A stretch of 64,000 nt of DNA from Deltaproteobacteria bacterium (GTDB taxonomy: Bacteria; Myxococcota; Myxococcia; Myxococcales; 40CM-4-68-19): the NCBI GenBank assembly GCA_005879805.1, contig VBKL01000053.1:93520-157519 (forward strand), read 5' to 3'. How positions within the stretch are numbered: the first letter of the stretch is position 1; the number at the start of each line of letters is the position of its first letter. The notes below the pieces were generated by a model. That model made no database searches. It was not told where the DNA came from and was given only the letters and a program-made list of their open reading frames with translations. This document shows positions 63,903-64,000 of the stretch, in pieces. Position numbers and translations under genes: made by a program.

Positions 63903-64000
63903 GCAACAGCTGCTGGGAGGCCGTCCCCTCCTCGGCGGTCAGCAGCATGGCGAGCCGGCGGGCGCGATCGAACGAGACGCCTTTCCGGTCGTGCTTGAGG
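63894..64000 (-). CDS. C-terminal end of an unidentified protein (5' part outside the window)
   Basis: The reverse frame reads ...LKHDRKGVSFDRARRLAMLLTAEEGTASQQLLLT-stop with GC3-rich codons. No family assignable from 35 residues. Confidence 0.35.

Overview
The window is visibly GC-rich (GC not computed) chromosomal DNA from a Gram-negative bacterium, shown by outer-membrane beta-barrels, lipoboxes and a PilP-like gene. The style is Myxococcota or deltaproteobacterial, but taxon is only a guess. I can support about 70 protein-coding genes and one tRNA. There is no rRNA, no CRISPR array and no intact mobile element.

Gene content, in order:
- secreted peptidases (S9, M13)
- selC (tRNA-Sec) with an integrase remnant beside it
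- two ECF sigma/anti-sigma modules, one RsrA-like
- an acetoin-type 2-oxoacid dehydrogenase cluster
- a NitT/TauT-type ABC importer with two substrate-binding paralogs and a downstream porin
- a gentisate-type aromatic catabolic operon
- a Liv-type ABC importer
- housekeeping genes (fur, ftsB, a PIN-PhoH ATPase, an FmdB zinc ribbon)

Main findings:
1. An exported peroxiredoxin has an in-frame TGA at the peroxidatic-Cys position, followed by a strong SECIS-like hairpin. It sits next to an exported TlpA-like WCxxC protein, and tRNA-Sec lies in the same window.
2. At least five well-conserved genes or gene pairs appear to lack roughly 0.15-0.25 kb internally, and further genes are frameshifted. 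This is either striking gene decay concentrated in aromatic catabolism or a systematic assembly artefact.
3. One ECF sigma is followed by an anti-sigma, a secreted protein and a TPR beta-barrel protein, and faces a Tat-lipoprotein built of four Cys-rich repeats.
4. A canonical G-quadruplex motif abuts a start codon.

Most long ORFs antisense to real genes in the six-frame track are GC-driven shadow ORFs and were rejected.
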